IMG/VR virus record: IMGVR_UViG_3300033984_000473
Location: 124,001-188,000 of that record
Direction: 5' to 3' (one strand)
DNA length: 64,000 nucleotides
Made by a program: the position numbers and the translations under genes. This document shows, piece by piece, positions 19,482 to 29,968 of this stretch. How positions within the stretch are numbered: position 1 is the stretch's first letter; every line of letters begins with the position of its first letter. The notes under the pieces were generated by a model, which had not been told where the DNA came from, did not search any database, and was given only the letters and a program-made list of their open reading frames with translations.

Positions 19482-20473
19482 TAAAATCTTTCTTTTTTAA
19501 GCCCTTCGTAGCTTGTTTTACTATTGATTGCACTAACAGCTAAACCGATTTGTTTTGCCATGCTAATAACATTTAGTTTATCATTACCAAAGATACCATT
19601 GTAATCTGTTGGTTTTCTTAATGAATCACTAATAACCAATTCAGTTAGTACTGAATTTTCAATACGAGCCAAAGCTGGTCCAGAACAGATACCATGACTG
19701 ATGATTGCTCTTACACTCTTGGCACCAGCTTCCATAATAACTTCAGCGGCTTTGCAAAGTGTTCCAGCAGTATCAACCATATCATCTAAGATGATTACGT
19801 TCTTACCACTAACATCACCAATGATAACCATATCATCAATAACGTTGGCTTGTTTACGAGTTTTATCCAACATAACATAATTGATTGAAATGTCATGGTA
19901 GTTAGCCAATTGGTCTTTCATACGTTTAACACGTTTACCAGAACCAGCATCTGGGCCACACAAGATTGTATCTTCATCATATATCGAAGCGATGTACGAA
20001 TCAAAAACATTTTTACCTTCTAAGTGTGTAACTGGGATATTGAAAAACCCTTGAATTTGGTCAGCATGTAAATCAAATGTGATAACACCTGTTGCTCCAC
20101 GATGCTCAATCATTTCAACCATAACCTTGGCACCGATAGGTCCACGTGATTGGTCTTTCTTGTCTTGACGAGCGTATGGGAAGTAAGGTAAGATTGGAAT
20201 AATCTCTCTAGCGGCTGCACGTTTGGCGGCATCTATCGCTAGATTTAACTTTATGATTTCATCTGAATTATTAGGGCTAGACAAGATATAAACTCGCTTG
20301 CCTCTAATTGATGATTCAAAATCCACACATAACTCACCATCAGAAAATTTCTGACTGTTGATTATGTCTAGCTTTACTTTCTCTTTTATCTTTGAATTGT
20401 TATTGATAAAATCAATAACACTATTGGCTAAATCTTCTCTACCATCTAACGCCACTAATACTGAATCATTCAT
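19481..20473 (-). CDS. prs: ribose-phosphate pyrophosphokinase (PRPP synthetase family)
   Basis: FSDGE, PYFPYARQDK, DLHADQIQGFF, PDAG, DDMVDTAGT; start set at MNDSV downstream of the promoter box. Confidence 0.92.
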   Translation of the reverse strand: MNDSVLVALDGREDLANSVIDFINNNSKIKEKVKLDIINSQKFSDGELCVDFESSIRGKRVYILSSPNNSDEIIKLNLAIDAAKRAAAREIIPILPYFPYARQDKKDQSRGPIGAKVMVEMIEHRGATGVITFDLHADQIQGFFNIPVTHLEGKNVFDSYIASIYDEDTILCGPDAGSGKRVKRMKDQLANYHDISINYVMLDKTRKQANVIDDMVIIGDVSGKNVIILDDMVDTAGTLCKAAEVIMEAGAKSVRAIISHGICSGPALARIENSVLTELVISDSLRKPTDYNGIFGNDKLNVISMAKQIGLAVSAINSKTSYEGLKKERF

Positions 20474-20528
20474 AGTTATATATTTTTTAACAAAGGTACA
20501 TAAAAATTTTTGAATAAACAAATGTTTA

Positions 20529-20702
20529 TTATTCTTTATTACTTTTTCTATTAAATAAATAAATAACACCAGCAATCAAAGATGCCGTTGCCAAGTATTT
20601 CAATACACTAACGAATAAAAATATTCCAAAGAAAATACCTTGTAAGACGAACAATACTAGTAATACTGCTATAAAAATTCCGATTAATTTTACTGTTTTC
20701 AT
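20529..20702 (-). CDS. small membrane protein
   Basis: two hydrophobic segments. Confidence 0.6.
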   Translation of the reverse strand: MKTVKLIGIFIAVLLVLFVLQGIFFGIFLFVSVLKYLATASLIAGVIYLFNRKSNKE

Positions 20703-20706
20703 AATT

Positions 20707-21069
20707 TTATTTTGTTTTTTTCCATTCTCTATCATGGAATTTTGTTTTATAAGTACCTAATTCAAAACTTCCACGATACAATATTATATCCAAAGCCATT
20801 GGCAATTCCAAGTATAATTTATCCCATTCAGCTTTTTGTTCATCCGAATACTCTGGCATTTCTTCGGTGTTAAAAGGGTCGAAACCTTCTGGAACACCAT
20901 TAAGAATAAGGTCAATCGCCTCATATATGTTATTCTCACCAAATGGTGGAATATTTTCCACACCATCATGACCGACAGCAACAATTTGGTTTTCGGTGTT
21001 TAGCGACCAACGTAAATGCTTGATTAGTTTTACGTGTTCTTCTTTTATTTCTAATTTTAATATACTCAT
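20707..21069 (-). CDS. hypothetical protein
   Basis: ORF in operon. Confidence 0.7.
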   Translation of the reverse strand: MSILKLEIKEEHVKLIKHLRWSLNTENQIVAVGHDGVENIPPFGENNIYEAIDLILNGVPEGFDPFNTEEMPEYSDEQKAEWDKLYLELPMALDIILYRGSFELGTYKTKFHDREWKKTK

Positions 21070-21347
21070 TACTCTATGATATTTTTTCTTTCGAAATTAA
21101 TAATATCACCTAACTTAAATTTGTTGATTGAATCTGTAAATCTAAATGATAAGTTACTACCATCTCTACTTGAAAAGTAATTACCGTCAATTACTTCGAC
21201 AGTATAGATTGACATTTGAGGTAGACTATCATCACCTTGCATTCCAGTGATAACAAATCGTGTTGGAGAATCAACATAATCATTATTTTGAGTTTTATTA
21301 CATGATATAAACAAACCTAAAATTAGTATTGCTATTATTTTTTTCAT
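21069..21347 (-). CDS. lipoprotein
   Basis: MKK-hydrophobic-FISC lipobox. Confidence 0.7.
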   Translation of the reverse strand: MKKIIAILILGLFISCNKTQNNDYVDSPTRFVITGMQGDDSLPQMSIYTVEVIDGNYFSSRDGSNLSFRFTDSINKFKLGDIINFERKNIIE

Positions 21348-21700
21348 TATTTTTTTACTTTAACAGAGTCAAGCAATTGCTGAACTCTTTTGTTATCTTT
21401 TTTCGCTTTAGCAAATTCTTTTGCCGCTCTTTCGTCAATAACTTCACAAATCGCTATTGCTCTTAGATTTACATAGTGCTTACCTTGATATTCACTTCCT
21501 TTCACTACAAACGCAACTGTAACAACTTCGTTTACCATAAAGGTATCCAAGGCATCTACATTGTCGTTAATGAAATCTAATTTTAATTTTTCTGGGTAAG
21601 CTTCATCAGTTTCAATGATAAATTCTATTTTTTTAAATTTATCACCAAATGTTTGTACTTCACCAATGTGTCTAATTGTTCCTTCTACAAAATAATGCAT
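21347..21700 (-). CDS. DUF3127 family OB-fold (ssDNA-binding-like) protein
   Basis: G.I..IGE.QTFG..FKK.EFIIET.E.YP, V.F...G.EY.GK.Y. Confidence 0.75.
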   Translation of the reverse strand: MHYFVEGTIRHIGEVQTFGDKFKKIEFIIETDEAYPEKLKLDFINDNVDALDTFMVNEVVTVAFVVKGSEYQGKHYVNLRAIAICEVIDERAAKEFAKAKKDNKRVQQLLDSVKVKK

Positions 21701-21701
21701 C

Positions 21702-22454
21702 TTATTTGTCGTTTTTATCGTCTCCGATTGCATGCGTTAATAATCTATTTACTACTTCTGTTACACCTTCAACTGCTGATTTCTTTACGTACTCAACCTT
21801 AAGCCCATAATTATCTAAATAATGCATCGGCTCTGGGTCGATGTAAATTATTTGACAATCGGTTCTCACATTTTGTAACATATCCAAAGTATAACCAATT
21901 TGTAAGCTTGTACCAATTATTAATAATATATTGGCATTACGAACTGCTTGATATGCTCTGTCAACATGTTTTGGATATTCACCAAACCATACAATATCTG
22001 GTCTAAGTTGTGAATCAAATTTATCATCTTTATCACCAATGTTGATGTCGTTGTATCCTATGTCTATTGATTCGCAAACATCAGAAAAAGGACCTCGACT
22101 ACCACCATAACAACCTTTGGCTTTGGTTAATTCACCATGCAAGTGTAATATATTGGTTGAGCCACCTCTTTCATGTAAATCATCAACGTTTTGAGTTGTG
22201 ATAGTTACATCATATTCTTCTTCCAAGGAAGCCAACGCTGTGTGAGCAGCATTCGGGTGAACATCTGGTAATTGTCGTCTTCTCTCGTTGTAGAAGTCCA
22301 ATACCATAGCTCTATCTTTTTTCCAACCTTCGATAGTTGCTACGTCCTCAACCTTATGGTTATTCCATAGGCCATCTTTGACATCTCTAAAGGTGAGGAT
22401 TCCAGATTCTTTGCTGATACCAGCACCACTAAAAATTACAATTTTCTTTTTCAT
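21702..22454 (-). CDS. cobB: Sir2/CobB family NAD-dependent deacylase
   Basis: GAGISKESGI.TFR, TQNVDDLHERGG, HLHG, RPDIVWFGE, GTSL. Confidence 0.92.
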   Translation of the reverse strand: MKKKIVIFSGAGISKESGILTFRDVKDGLWNNHKVEDVATIEGWKKDRAMVLDFYNERRRQLPDVHPNAAHTALASLEEEYDVTITTQNVDDLHERGGSTNILHLHGELTKAKGCYGGSRGPFSDVCESIDIGYNDINIGDKDDKFDSQLRPDIVWFGEYPKHVDRAYQAVRNANILLIIGTSLQIGYTLDMLQNVRTDCQIIYIDPEPMHYLDNYGLKVEYVKKSAVEGVTEVVNRLLTHAIGDDKNDK

Positions 22455-22753
22455 TATCTATTGTTTAATGTTCTTAAACCAGCAAAAAAGATTTTGATAC
22501 CCTTGATTATAATACCTAACCCACCAACATAACCGAAGTTATACCAGAAACCGTTATTGTTTATAGCGTAGATAGCAATGTTATCTGAGAAAAGACTACA
22601 AATGAATGCTGGGAACATAATCATACCATGCCAAACTCCACCCCAAAATCCATAAACTTCTTGATTTGGGTCAAGGAATTGTATATGTGCAACATCGGCA
22701 CATCCAGTTAATAACAACAGCACAAATGCTGCTAAGAATATTTTTGTTTTCAT
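22454..22753 (-). CDS. membrane lipoprotein
   Basis: LLTGC lipobox; GFW.G.WHG, NNG.WYNFG. Confidence 0.7.
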   Translation of the reverse strand: MKTKIFLAAFVLLLLTGCADVAHIQFLDPNQEVYGFWGGVWHGMIMFPAFICSLFSDNIAIYAINNNGFWYNFGYVGGLGIIIKGIKIFFAGLRTLNNR

Positions 22754-22959
22754 ATTTTTTTGTTTTTTATTATATCAAATGTTAAGTTATTATGTATCTT
22801 GATTTGGTCTGACCTATAATGTTTAATATCGCCACCGTCACATAAAACAATGCACCATATATCATTTTCAAATGTTCCACCATTTGTAACATAAATAGCA
22901 TAACCTTCTTTATCTTCTTCAACAATCACAGGTATTGGAGTTTTAAATTCTAACATCAT
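22750..22959 (-). CDS. hypothetical protein
   Basis: ORF in operon. Confidence 0.65.
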   Translation of the reverse strand: MMLEFKTPIPVIVEEDKEGYAIYVTNGGTFENDIWCIVLCDGGDIKHYRSDQIKIHNNLTFDIIKNKKI

Positions 22960-23318
22960 AGTGAATCTTTTATTTTTTTCAAACGAGCTTCAACCCGTCT
23001 GTTTACTTCTTCTTCAATAACTCTACTAGTACTTAAAGAAACAATCTTTTCCGTGATACCGTTGATTTTATCATCAACATGTCTAATCATGCTACTTTCA
23101 ATTTGTTTTAGTCTGAAGTTAACCCTTTCAGTCAACGCTGATTTTGTTTCTTTTGTTATACCTTCTGCGAAGAAATCTAATTCATCGTTTAGATACTTGG
23201 TTAATATCTCTTTGACTTCACTATTAGATAATAAAACTGTTTCATCTGAAGTAGTTTTAATCTTCATGTTATCAAATTTATTTGAGTTGTACGTTAATAA
23301 ATCACTAATCCTTGCCAT
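22956..23318 (-). CDS. hypothetical protein
   Basis: ORF in operon. Confidence 0.65.
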   Translation of the reverse strand: MARISDLLTYNSNKFDNMKIKTTSDETVLLSNSEVKEILTKYLNDELDFFAEGITKETKSALTERVNFRLKQIESSMIRHVDDKINGITEKIVSLSTSRVIEEEVNRRVEARLKKIKDSL

Positions 23319-23748
23319 TATAGTTAGCAGTTAATAAATTTAAAACCAAACCCCAATCATTCTCTGGGTCAAATCCAGCTTTGTCCTCAAACAAAACGTT
23401 CATGTAAGGTTTTTTATCATAACATCCATATCCGTTGGTTTGTGTCGGAACCTCTGGGTTCTCATTCACATACTTGAAATGAATATCATTCTTTTTGAAT
23501 AATTCCAAATACTCATCAACCTCGTTAGGGTGTGAACACGTATAAAGGAACATTACAATATCTGGTCGTTTGCTGATAAATTGTAACGTTTCTATAGCCA
23601 AAGGATAAAATTCATCGGGTGTACTACCAACAGTGTAATTAGGTTTAAGAATTGTACCATGAATATCAAAGGCCCAAAATGTTCGGTCCCAGTTTCTAGT
23701 AATTTTGTACTCGAAGTGATTCGTTAGAATCGATTTAGTTATACTCAT
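23305..23748 (-). CDS. HAD-like protein
   Basis: AFDIHGT, YTCS, NENPE, FEDKAGF. Confidence 0.7.
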   Translation of the reverse strand: MSITKSILTNHFEYKITRNWDRTFWAFDIHGTILKPNYTVGSTPDEFYPLAIETLQFISKRPDIVMFLYTCSHPNEVDEYLELFKKNDIHFKYVNENPEVPTQTNGYGCYDKKPYMNVLFEDKAGFDPENDWGLVLNLLTANYNGKD

Positions 23749-23750
23749 AG

Positions 23751-23930
23751 TTATGTTTCAAAAATGTTTCTAAAATCTAAAATGTTCATTGAGAAATATG
23801 TGTCTTCTACTTTGAAGAACACAGCACTTCCAATATATGTTAGGTTAGTTGGTTGCCATTCTTTGACTACGTTGAGTGGGAACGTTTGTTCACCTTCGTT
23901 GGCAACGCCTACTTTAACAAGGTCATTCAT
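23751..23930 (-). CDS. hypothetical protein (59 aa, not in ORF track)
   Basis: MNDLVKVGVANEGEQTF...FRNIFET; directly downstream of the promoter box at ~23960. Confidence 0.6.
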   Translation of the reverse strand: MNDLVKVGVANEGEQTFPLNVVKEWQPTNLTYIGSAVFFKVEDTYFSMNILDFRNIFET

Positions 23931-24019
23931 TAATGCTAAATTTAAAAATTGTTATTTAACAAAGGTACTAATACTTTTGTTAAAAAGCAAGAGAAACCTA
24001 AAAATTATAGTAAACTGTA

Positions 24020-24469
24020 TTACGGTACATAGTTTACAATCGTAACATACTCACCACGAAGTTCTTCGTCAATGATTGCTTCAATTGTAGCCCAATCACC
24101 ACCAGCTAACCCAGCACCAATCTTTGGTAAACCAAATGTTTTACCAGAAAATTTAGCTTTCATCAACTTCAACGCAGAACGCAAAGCATCATAGTCTAAA
24201 TCCATCTGACCACTTCGTCTTCCAGTATAGTCATATTGACCATACAAGTTAACAACTATTGGTTTTGTAGCTTCACTATATGAAATAGTACCTAGCTTGT
24301 TAATATCCCCTTGAACTGTCTTGCAGTCAGCAGCGTAAGCATCTGGGAATTTATGTTTGATTTGCGGGGCAATACCAGCACCCATAGTGTTGAAACAATT
24401 ACAACAGTGCCCAATTACTTCGTAGTTTTCGGCATCCTTAACAAGGTCACCATCGATATATCTAATCAT
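24020..24469 (-). CDS. macro domain ADP-ribose-processing protein
   Basis: GDL, HCCNCF.TMGAGIA, NLYGQ, PKIGAGLAGGDW. Confidence 0.9.
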   Translation of the reverse strand: MIRYIDGDLVKDAENYEVIGHCCNCFNTMGAGIAPQIKHKFPDAYAADCKTVQGDINKLGTISYSEATKPIVVNLYGQYDYTGRRSGQMDLDYDALRSALKLMKAKFSGKTFGLPKIGAGLAGGDWATIEAIIDEELRGEYVTIVNYVP

Positions 24470-24983
24470 TTTGTTTAAATTTTTTGTTTGCCATTTCAAT
24501 ACTAGCAGCGATTGTGTCAACTAAAGTATTATAAATGATTGGGTTATATAATTCGTTTTCTTTGGCAACAGCTTCCCACATGATGTCTAAATAACCCATA
24601 CGATAAGCATCGTCTGGTCTACCATAAATCATTTTTTGTGGTTCTCTACCTTGCCAGTAACCAAACTCCATATTGGTTGTTAGAGCAATAAGTTCTCTAG
24701 TTCTTGGTATCCAAAATAAGACACAATCAGCTTTTTTAAGACCATTATATTCCCACATAGGAATCCAAGCCTTGTCTTTATCTGATTCAGTCTTAGAAGT
24801 AAATTCTGGGATGATTAAATCACCTTCAAATCCTTGACGTTTAAATTCTTCAATAGCCTCAAAACGCCATGATGTTAAATGAGGTTGATTTCCTCTTACA
24901 GTTGGTCCAGCTAAGAAAACTGAAGGTCTGTTTATCGACCTTACAGTATCTTCTGATTCTTCATATCTATGTACTTGTACCAT
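24462..24983 (-). CDS. nucleoside 2-deoxyribosyltransferase-like protein
   Basis: VFLAGPT, SWR, WE, FWIPR, TTNMEFG. Confidence 0.8.
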   Translation of the reverse strand: MVQVHRYEESEDTVRSINRPSVFLAGPTVRGNQPHLTSWRFEAIEEFKRQGFEGDLIIPEFTSKTESDKDKAWIPMWEYNGLKKADCVLFWIPRTRELIALTTNMEFGYWQGREPQKMIYGRPDDAYRMGYLDIMWEAVAKENELYNPIIYNTLVDTIAASIEMANKKFKQND

Positions 24984-25480
24984 TATGAATTTTTGTTAAA
25001 TGTTTCTCTTACTCGCATAATGGCTTCACCTAACCAGTTTTTGCCTTGCCATTTGCTTTTGTCTTCGATGTTTCTGTGGTCAACACCCATTCCAATACCC
25101 CAAATCTTGTCGTATGGACTAGCCTCAACAATTTCTTTGTCATCAGTTTTCATTAACTCAACCTTTAGACTAGGATTTTGTGTGAATTTAGCCAAGTTAC
25201 CTTGATAAACAAATTCTCTACACACTTCATTCCATCTGTCTGTGTTAAAGTTTTTAACTGTACGACCCAAAGATTTTTGGTCAACTGGTCTAGAGGCAGC
25301 CATGATAGCATCGTGACTCTCTTGGTCGTTGAATGTCAATGCTTTCATCGCCATCATGTATTGCTCACAGCAATTATATTCGATTCCAGCAATGCTGAAT
25401 TTAGACGAATACCACTGACTGTAGATTCCATTCCAAAAGAATACGAATTCATCAGTTGTTTTTTCGTTTGTATTTTTCAT
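24983..25480 (-). CDS. NADAR (YbiA-like) family protein
   Basis: SQWY, EQYMMA.KA..F.D, KFTQN, EASPYD.IWGIG, G.NWLG. Confidence 0.92.
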   Translation of the reverse strand: MKNTNEKTTDEFVFFWNGIYSQWYSSKFSIAGIEYNCCEQYMMAMKALTFNDQESHDAIMAASRPVDQKSLGRTVKNFNTDRWNEVCREFVYQGNLAKFTQNPSLKVELMKTDDKEIVEASPYDKIWGIGMGVDHRNIEDKSKWQGKNWLGEAIMRVRETFNKNS

Positions 25481-25481
25481 T

Positions 25482-25871
25482 TTAAATAGTTTTTTTAGTC
25501 GTGCTTCTATGAAATTCAATCAATTCCACACTTTTTATTTCTAACCCTTTGGTATATGTGAAAGTTTCAAGTCTTTCTTTTATCATATCCAAGTGTTCCT
25601 GTGTTGGTTCTTCATCAAAGAAAATCACAACACCTTTATTGGTACCACCATCTATATCGTTACCCAACGCTACTGGTCTATACGTACCATTATCATCAGC
25701 TTCATTTCCGATAACATCATCGAAAAATTCTGCAACAGTTTCATCGATTAATTCGTCACCAACTTCACAATCACCAACGTGACCAGTTAGGTGTGCACAC
25801 ATTTCTCTTTCAAAGTTTCCAGCGTACTGATTAGTTTCAATCAATACAGCAAATTTAGCTCTCATTCCCAT
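25482..25871 (-). CDS. hypothetical protein
   Basis: YAGNFEREMCA..TG motif; ORF in operon. Confidence 0.7.
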   Translation of the reverse strand: MGMRAKFAVLIETNQYAGNFEREMCAHLTGHVGDCEVGDELIDETVAEFFDDVIGNEADDNGTYRPVALGNDIDGGTNKGVVIFFDEEPTQEHLDMIKERLETFTYTKGLEIKSVELIEFHRSTTKKTI

Positions 25872-26476
25872 TATTCTAAGTTTTTAAGTGCGTTAGCTTT
25901 ATGGTTTGCACTAATTTTGTCATACAAACCAGATACAAGACTATAAGTGTATTCAAATAATCTTCGGAATGGGTTATTTAACAACGTACCCAACAATGAT
26001 AAAGGCCAGTATGAAATCCAAGCTACAATCGAAGCTTTATTATCCAATCCTTTCGGCATGATTTTATTTGCGATATCTGATGTAGTTTTAACATCACTAC
26101 TATAAACACTAATACCAACAAGTCTTAATTTTTCACACAAATTAACGATATAGTTTGGTGCTTTTAATTCATCAACTTTATTAGCCACAGTTTTAAATTT
26201 TCGATATACTGATTTTACAAACTCATTCCATTTTAAGAATGACCATATAACCCCACATATCAAATACCCTACGATAAATAAAACGGTTACGAGTATGTTG
26301 GCGGTCATAAAGGTCCATGCAATACCACCGTAGTTCCAAATTAATAATGCGATAGCTAAACTAAAAGCTGTTGTCGCAGTTCCTTCTGATTGTAATTCTA
26401 GTGATATAATAATCACCAACGCTGCGATAATACTAAACCATAGTATGAATGTCGCACTTGCTAATAATGTTAACAT
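25871..26476 (-). CDS. membrane protein
   Basis: three N-terminal TM segments; WISYWP. Confidence 0.7.
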   Translation of the reverse strand: MLTLLASATFILWFSIIAALVIIISLELQSEGTATTAFSLAIALLIWNYGGIAWTFMTANILVTVLFIVGYLICGVIWSFLKWNEFVKSVYRKFKTVANKVDELKAPNYIVNLCEKLRLVGISVYSSDVKTTSDIANKIMPKGLDNKASIVAWISYWPLSLLGTLLNNPFRRLFEYTYSLVSGLYDKISANHKANALKNLE

Positions 26477-26488
26477 GTTTTTCTTTTT

Positions 26489-28054
26489 TTAAATTGTTAT
26501 TTTTGCTCTTTCTCTAATTTCTTCGAATGTGTAATCAACAAGGATTTCACCATTTCTAAATACTTCAACCAATTCATCTGTTACTGAATCAAAGTCAGCA
26601 TCCATTGATGTAACGGTTCTGTATGTACCATCATCATTCTTAACTAATTTAAGCTTTCCTTGCTTAGATTTTTTGAATGATTTTGTAATGTTACCATCAG
26701 CATCCATTTCAGTTGGTGACTTAACAATATTTCTTTCTTCACCATTAACAATTGCATAACATGCTTTGGTTGCGAAGTTTTGCGTATCTCTGTTGATATC
26801 TGCTTGTAGCAATTTACCACCCATACCCAACGCTAAGTTCTCTGGAGAGATTTTCAATTCATCTAACATTGCGTAGATTTCTCTGATTGAATCCAAATTT
26901 ACACCATCACCTTGAATAACACGTACTTGTGGTGGCAATACCTTGTAACCTTTTTCATTGGTTGTGTAACCAAATTTATCGAATAAGATGTTGAAGATTT
27001 CTTTTAAAGTCATCAATACATCACCAGAATCTGGGCGTATAACCAATTGATTCCCTGGAGTTGCTGGTCTTGATAAAACCAATTCTTTCAACTCAGTTCC
27101 CCAATACTCAGAACATGCTCTGAAAATGTTAAATGAATCTGATACACACGCAACCAATCCAGTAGGATAAGTTTTCAATACACGCATCATAAGTGCTAAC
27201 TCACCTTCTTCACCGTTTAGGGTCATGATTGAGTGCTCTGTTGCTGGGATTGATAAACCATACACAGTTTCTGTGTTATAAAGGTCACGGATTAATTTTG
27301 ATGCTACTACGGTGTCTGAACCTCTAAAGTTCACCAAGTGAGCAGAACCACCAATCTTAGCTGATTGTACACTTGATACACCACGGAAACCGAAGTCATT
27401 CAATACGAAATCAACAAGGAAGTCGATAAGGCCAGCATCATACGCTGTTCCTTTTACGAATGCGGCAGTAACGATTTTTCTTACTTCTCTAGAAAGTGAA
27501 GCAACGGTAATCGGATACCAAACTTGAAGCAATATTGACTCTAAGAAGTTGGTCAACCATGCACATTCTGGGTCAAGACTTTCAATTACGAATAACACAT
27601 TTTTAGTGTTAACGATAGTTCCTTCTGGAACCGCCTTGATGCTGATAGGTAATTTCCCATCATATTTGTCAACGATGTAATCAAACTTGCTTCTATCGAA
27701 TACACCATCACGACCAAAGATACCTAATTCATTACCTAACATATCGTTAGCTTCATCAACTTCTTCTTTTGTAATAGCAATACCCTCTAAGTATTGTTTA
27801 AGTACAATCTGTAAACCATAGAATACGGTTTCTGAAAATTTACCACCTCTTGATTCCATGTATGAAACCATCTTGGTCATTTCAGAACCATAGAATTTGT
27901 GGTGTGAATATTTGTAACCATCGGAACATAAGACCAAGTTATCTGGCTTAGTGATGATTTTAGTAAGGTATTTTTGCATACCTTCAATACTAGACCAGTC
28001 TTTATTTTGAATGGCTGTCGCTAAATTCGTAGCTAATTGTGTTTGTAAACTCAT
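26489..28054 (-). CDS. nadV: nicotinamide phosphoribosyltransferase
   Basis: SDGYK.SH, DFGFRG, PATEHS, VSDS, IRPDSG, IQGDG, GMGG.LLQ, KSKQG. Confidence 0.93.
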   Translation of the reverse strand: MSLQTQLATNLATAIQNKDWSSIEGMQKYLTKIITKPDNLVLCSDGYKYSHHKFYGSEMTKMVSYMESRGGKFSETVFYGLQIVLKQYLEGIAITKEEVDEANDMLGNELGIFGRDGVFDRSKFDYIVDKYDGKLPISIKAVPEGTIVNTKNVLFVIESLDPECAWLTNFLESILLQVWYPITVASLSREVRKIVTAAFVKGTAYDAGLIDFLVDFVLNDFGFRGVSSVQSAKIGGSAHLVNFRGSDTVVASKLIRDLYNTETVYGLSIPATEHSIMTLNGEEGELALMMRVLKTYPTGLVACVSDSFNIFRACSEYWGTELKELVLSRPATPGNQLVIRPDSGDVLMTLKEIFNILFDKFGYTTNEKGYKVLPPQVRVIQGDGVNLDSIREIYAMLDELKISPENLALGMGGKLLQADINRDTQNFATKACYAIVNGEERNIVKSPTEMDADGNITKSFKKSKQGKLKLVKNDDGTYRTVTSMDADFDSVTDELVEVFRNGEILVDYTFEEIRERAKITI

Positions 28055-28130
28055 ATTGTTAAATTTTTTGTTCTTATTTGATACAAAGGTACTAAAAGTT
28101 TTTTGGATAACCAAATATTATATCGATTAT

Positions 28131-28472
28131 TTATTCATTCGTATTCACGATTAAAACTTTTTTACCTAATTTGTTTGCTTTATTGATACTATCTTTAGTA
28201 CCCTTAGATTCCATATCCCAAAAAGCTACTACTAATTCAGAAGCTTCCACTATCTGGGTATTCCTTAAAAAACCAGCAATTTTGCCATAGGCTTTCCAAT
28301 CTGGTTTAAATATAAGAGTTTCAATACCATTTTCTTTGGCATAATCCTCACCCAACGTATCAGCACCAGCGGCACCACCACTTATTATCAATGTTATACC
28401 TAATGGTTGTAGTGTTTTCTTTACTAATTCATAATCAGTAAAGCCTCGACTACCTATAATAGCTACTTTCAT
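28131..28472 (-). CDS. SLOG superfamily (DUF2493/YspA-like) protein
   Basis: IIGSR.F, ISGGA.GAD, AG..RN, AFWD..SKGT. Confidence 0.85.
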   Translation of the reverse strand: MKVAIIGSRGFTDYELVKKTLQPLGITLIISGGAAGADTLGEDYAKENGIETLIFKPDWKAYGKIAGFLRNTQIVEASELVVAFWDMESKGTKDSINKANKLGKKVLIVNTNE

Positions 28473-29968
28473 TAGTAATTACTTAATGTACCCTTGTTAT
28501 TTCTAACAATAACACTAGTAGGTTTTAATTCTTTTGGGCTAGTTAACCCCATAGCACCCAAAACTTCACGAATTTCATGAATTACAGCTGTATGATAGTT
28601 AAAAACACGTACTTTTTTCTCTTCTGGGTTCAACGCACTGATTAAATGCTTGTTTTGAGTAGCAATTCCTACTGGACATGTGTTCATATTACACTCTCTA
28701 GCTTGAATACATCCTAAACTAAGCATAAATGCACGTGCTGCGTTAACAATATCAGCACCCAACGCCAATAATTTGATAATATCGAATGAGTTGCTAGCTT
28801 TTCCAGATGCAATAAGAGTAATTTTGTCTCTCAAGTCGTATTGTTTAAGTGTTTTATTAACAAAAATCAACGCATCTACTAGTGGCATACCAACATTATT
28901 GGTAAAAACTATCGGTGCAGCACCTGTTCCACCCTCTCCACCATCAATTGTGATGAAATCTGGGTATATTTTTAGTTCTTTCATAGTATACACCAACGAT
29001 ATGAACTCACTTTCATCACCTAGACATAGTTTTATACCTATAGGTAACCCATCAGATAGGTCTCTAAGCTCACTTATGAACTCTAATAACTCTTTATGGT
29101 TAGTAAATGCACTATGGTATGGGGGACTCATTACATCTACATGTGGTTCTACCCCACGTATGTCAGCAATTTCTTGAGTATTCTTAGATGCTGGGAGAAT
29201 ACCACCATGACCAGGCTTGGCCCCTTGTGATAATTTTATCTCTACCATCTTGATACTCTTATTATTTAATATAGTATCAAAAAATCTAGGTGTTGAAAAT
29301 ACACGTCTACCATCAACTGTTCTGCCAGCACCAAAGTAACCAGTTCCAATTTGGAAACATAAATCCCCACCATTCTCTACATGATAAGGACTAACACCAC
29401 CTTCACCTGTATTGTGATAGAAGTTACCTAGCTTGGCACCACCATTCAATGCTCGAACAGCAGCATCTGACAAAGCTCCGTAACTCATTGCACTAATGTT
29501 AAAGATACTAGCCGAATAAGGATGGCGACAGTTTTCACCACCAATCGTTACACGAGGCTCAGCAATCAATGAAATGTCTTTAGGGAACATAGAATGACCT
29601 AAGAACTCGTAACCTTCCTTATACACGTCTAATTGCGTTCCGAAGGGTGTTGTGTTGATTTCACCTTTGGCTTTTTGATAGACATCAGAACGTTTCTCAC
29701 GATTGTATGGTGTTCCGTTGGTATCGTGCTCAATAAAGTATTGTTGTATCTTTGAACGTTCCGACTCAAAAACCCATCTAAGTCTTGCAACTAATGGGTA
29801 GTTTTTAAGTAGAGCATGTTTTGTTTGGAATATGTCGTGAATCACAACAATTAACGCAACTAAAAACAAGGTTGCTAATATCCATAAACCTAAGCTTTGA
29901 ACTATGTAAGAAATTACACCCAAGGCTATTGTCCAATAAACAAAAAAGATTACGATTTTATCTCTCAT
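28472..29968 (-). CDS. FMN-binding glutamate synthase family protein
   Basis: SAMSYGALS, NTGEGG, EIKLSQGAKPGHGG, DGGEGGTGAAP, CIQA..C....CP.G. Confidence 0.9.
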   Translation of the reverse strand: MRDKIVIFFVYWTIALGVISYIVQSLGLWILATLFLVALIVVIHDIFQTKHALLKNYPLVARLRWVFESERSKIQQYFIEHDTNGTPYNREKRSDVYQKAKGEINTTPFGTQLDVYKEGYEFLGHSMFPKDISLIAEPRVTIGGENCRHPYSASIFNISAMSYGALSDAAVRALNGGAKLGNFYHNTGEGGVSPYHVENGGDLCFQIGTGYFGAGRTVDGRRVFSTPRFFDTILNNKSIKMVEIKLSQGAKPGHGGILPASKNTQEIADIRGVEPHVDVMSPPYHSAFTNHKELLEFISELRDLSDGLPIGIKLCLGDESEFISLVYTMKELKIYPDFITIDGGEGGTGAAPIVFTNNVGMPLVDALIFVNKTLKQYDLRDKITLIASGKASNSFDIIKLLALGADIVNAARAFMLSLGCIQARECNMNTCPVGIATQNKHLISALNPEEKKVRVFNYHTAVIHEIREVLGAMGLTSPKELKPTSVIVRNNKGTLSNY

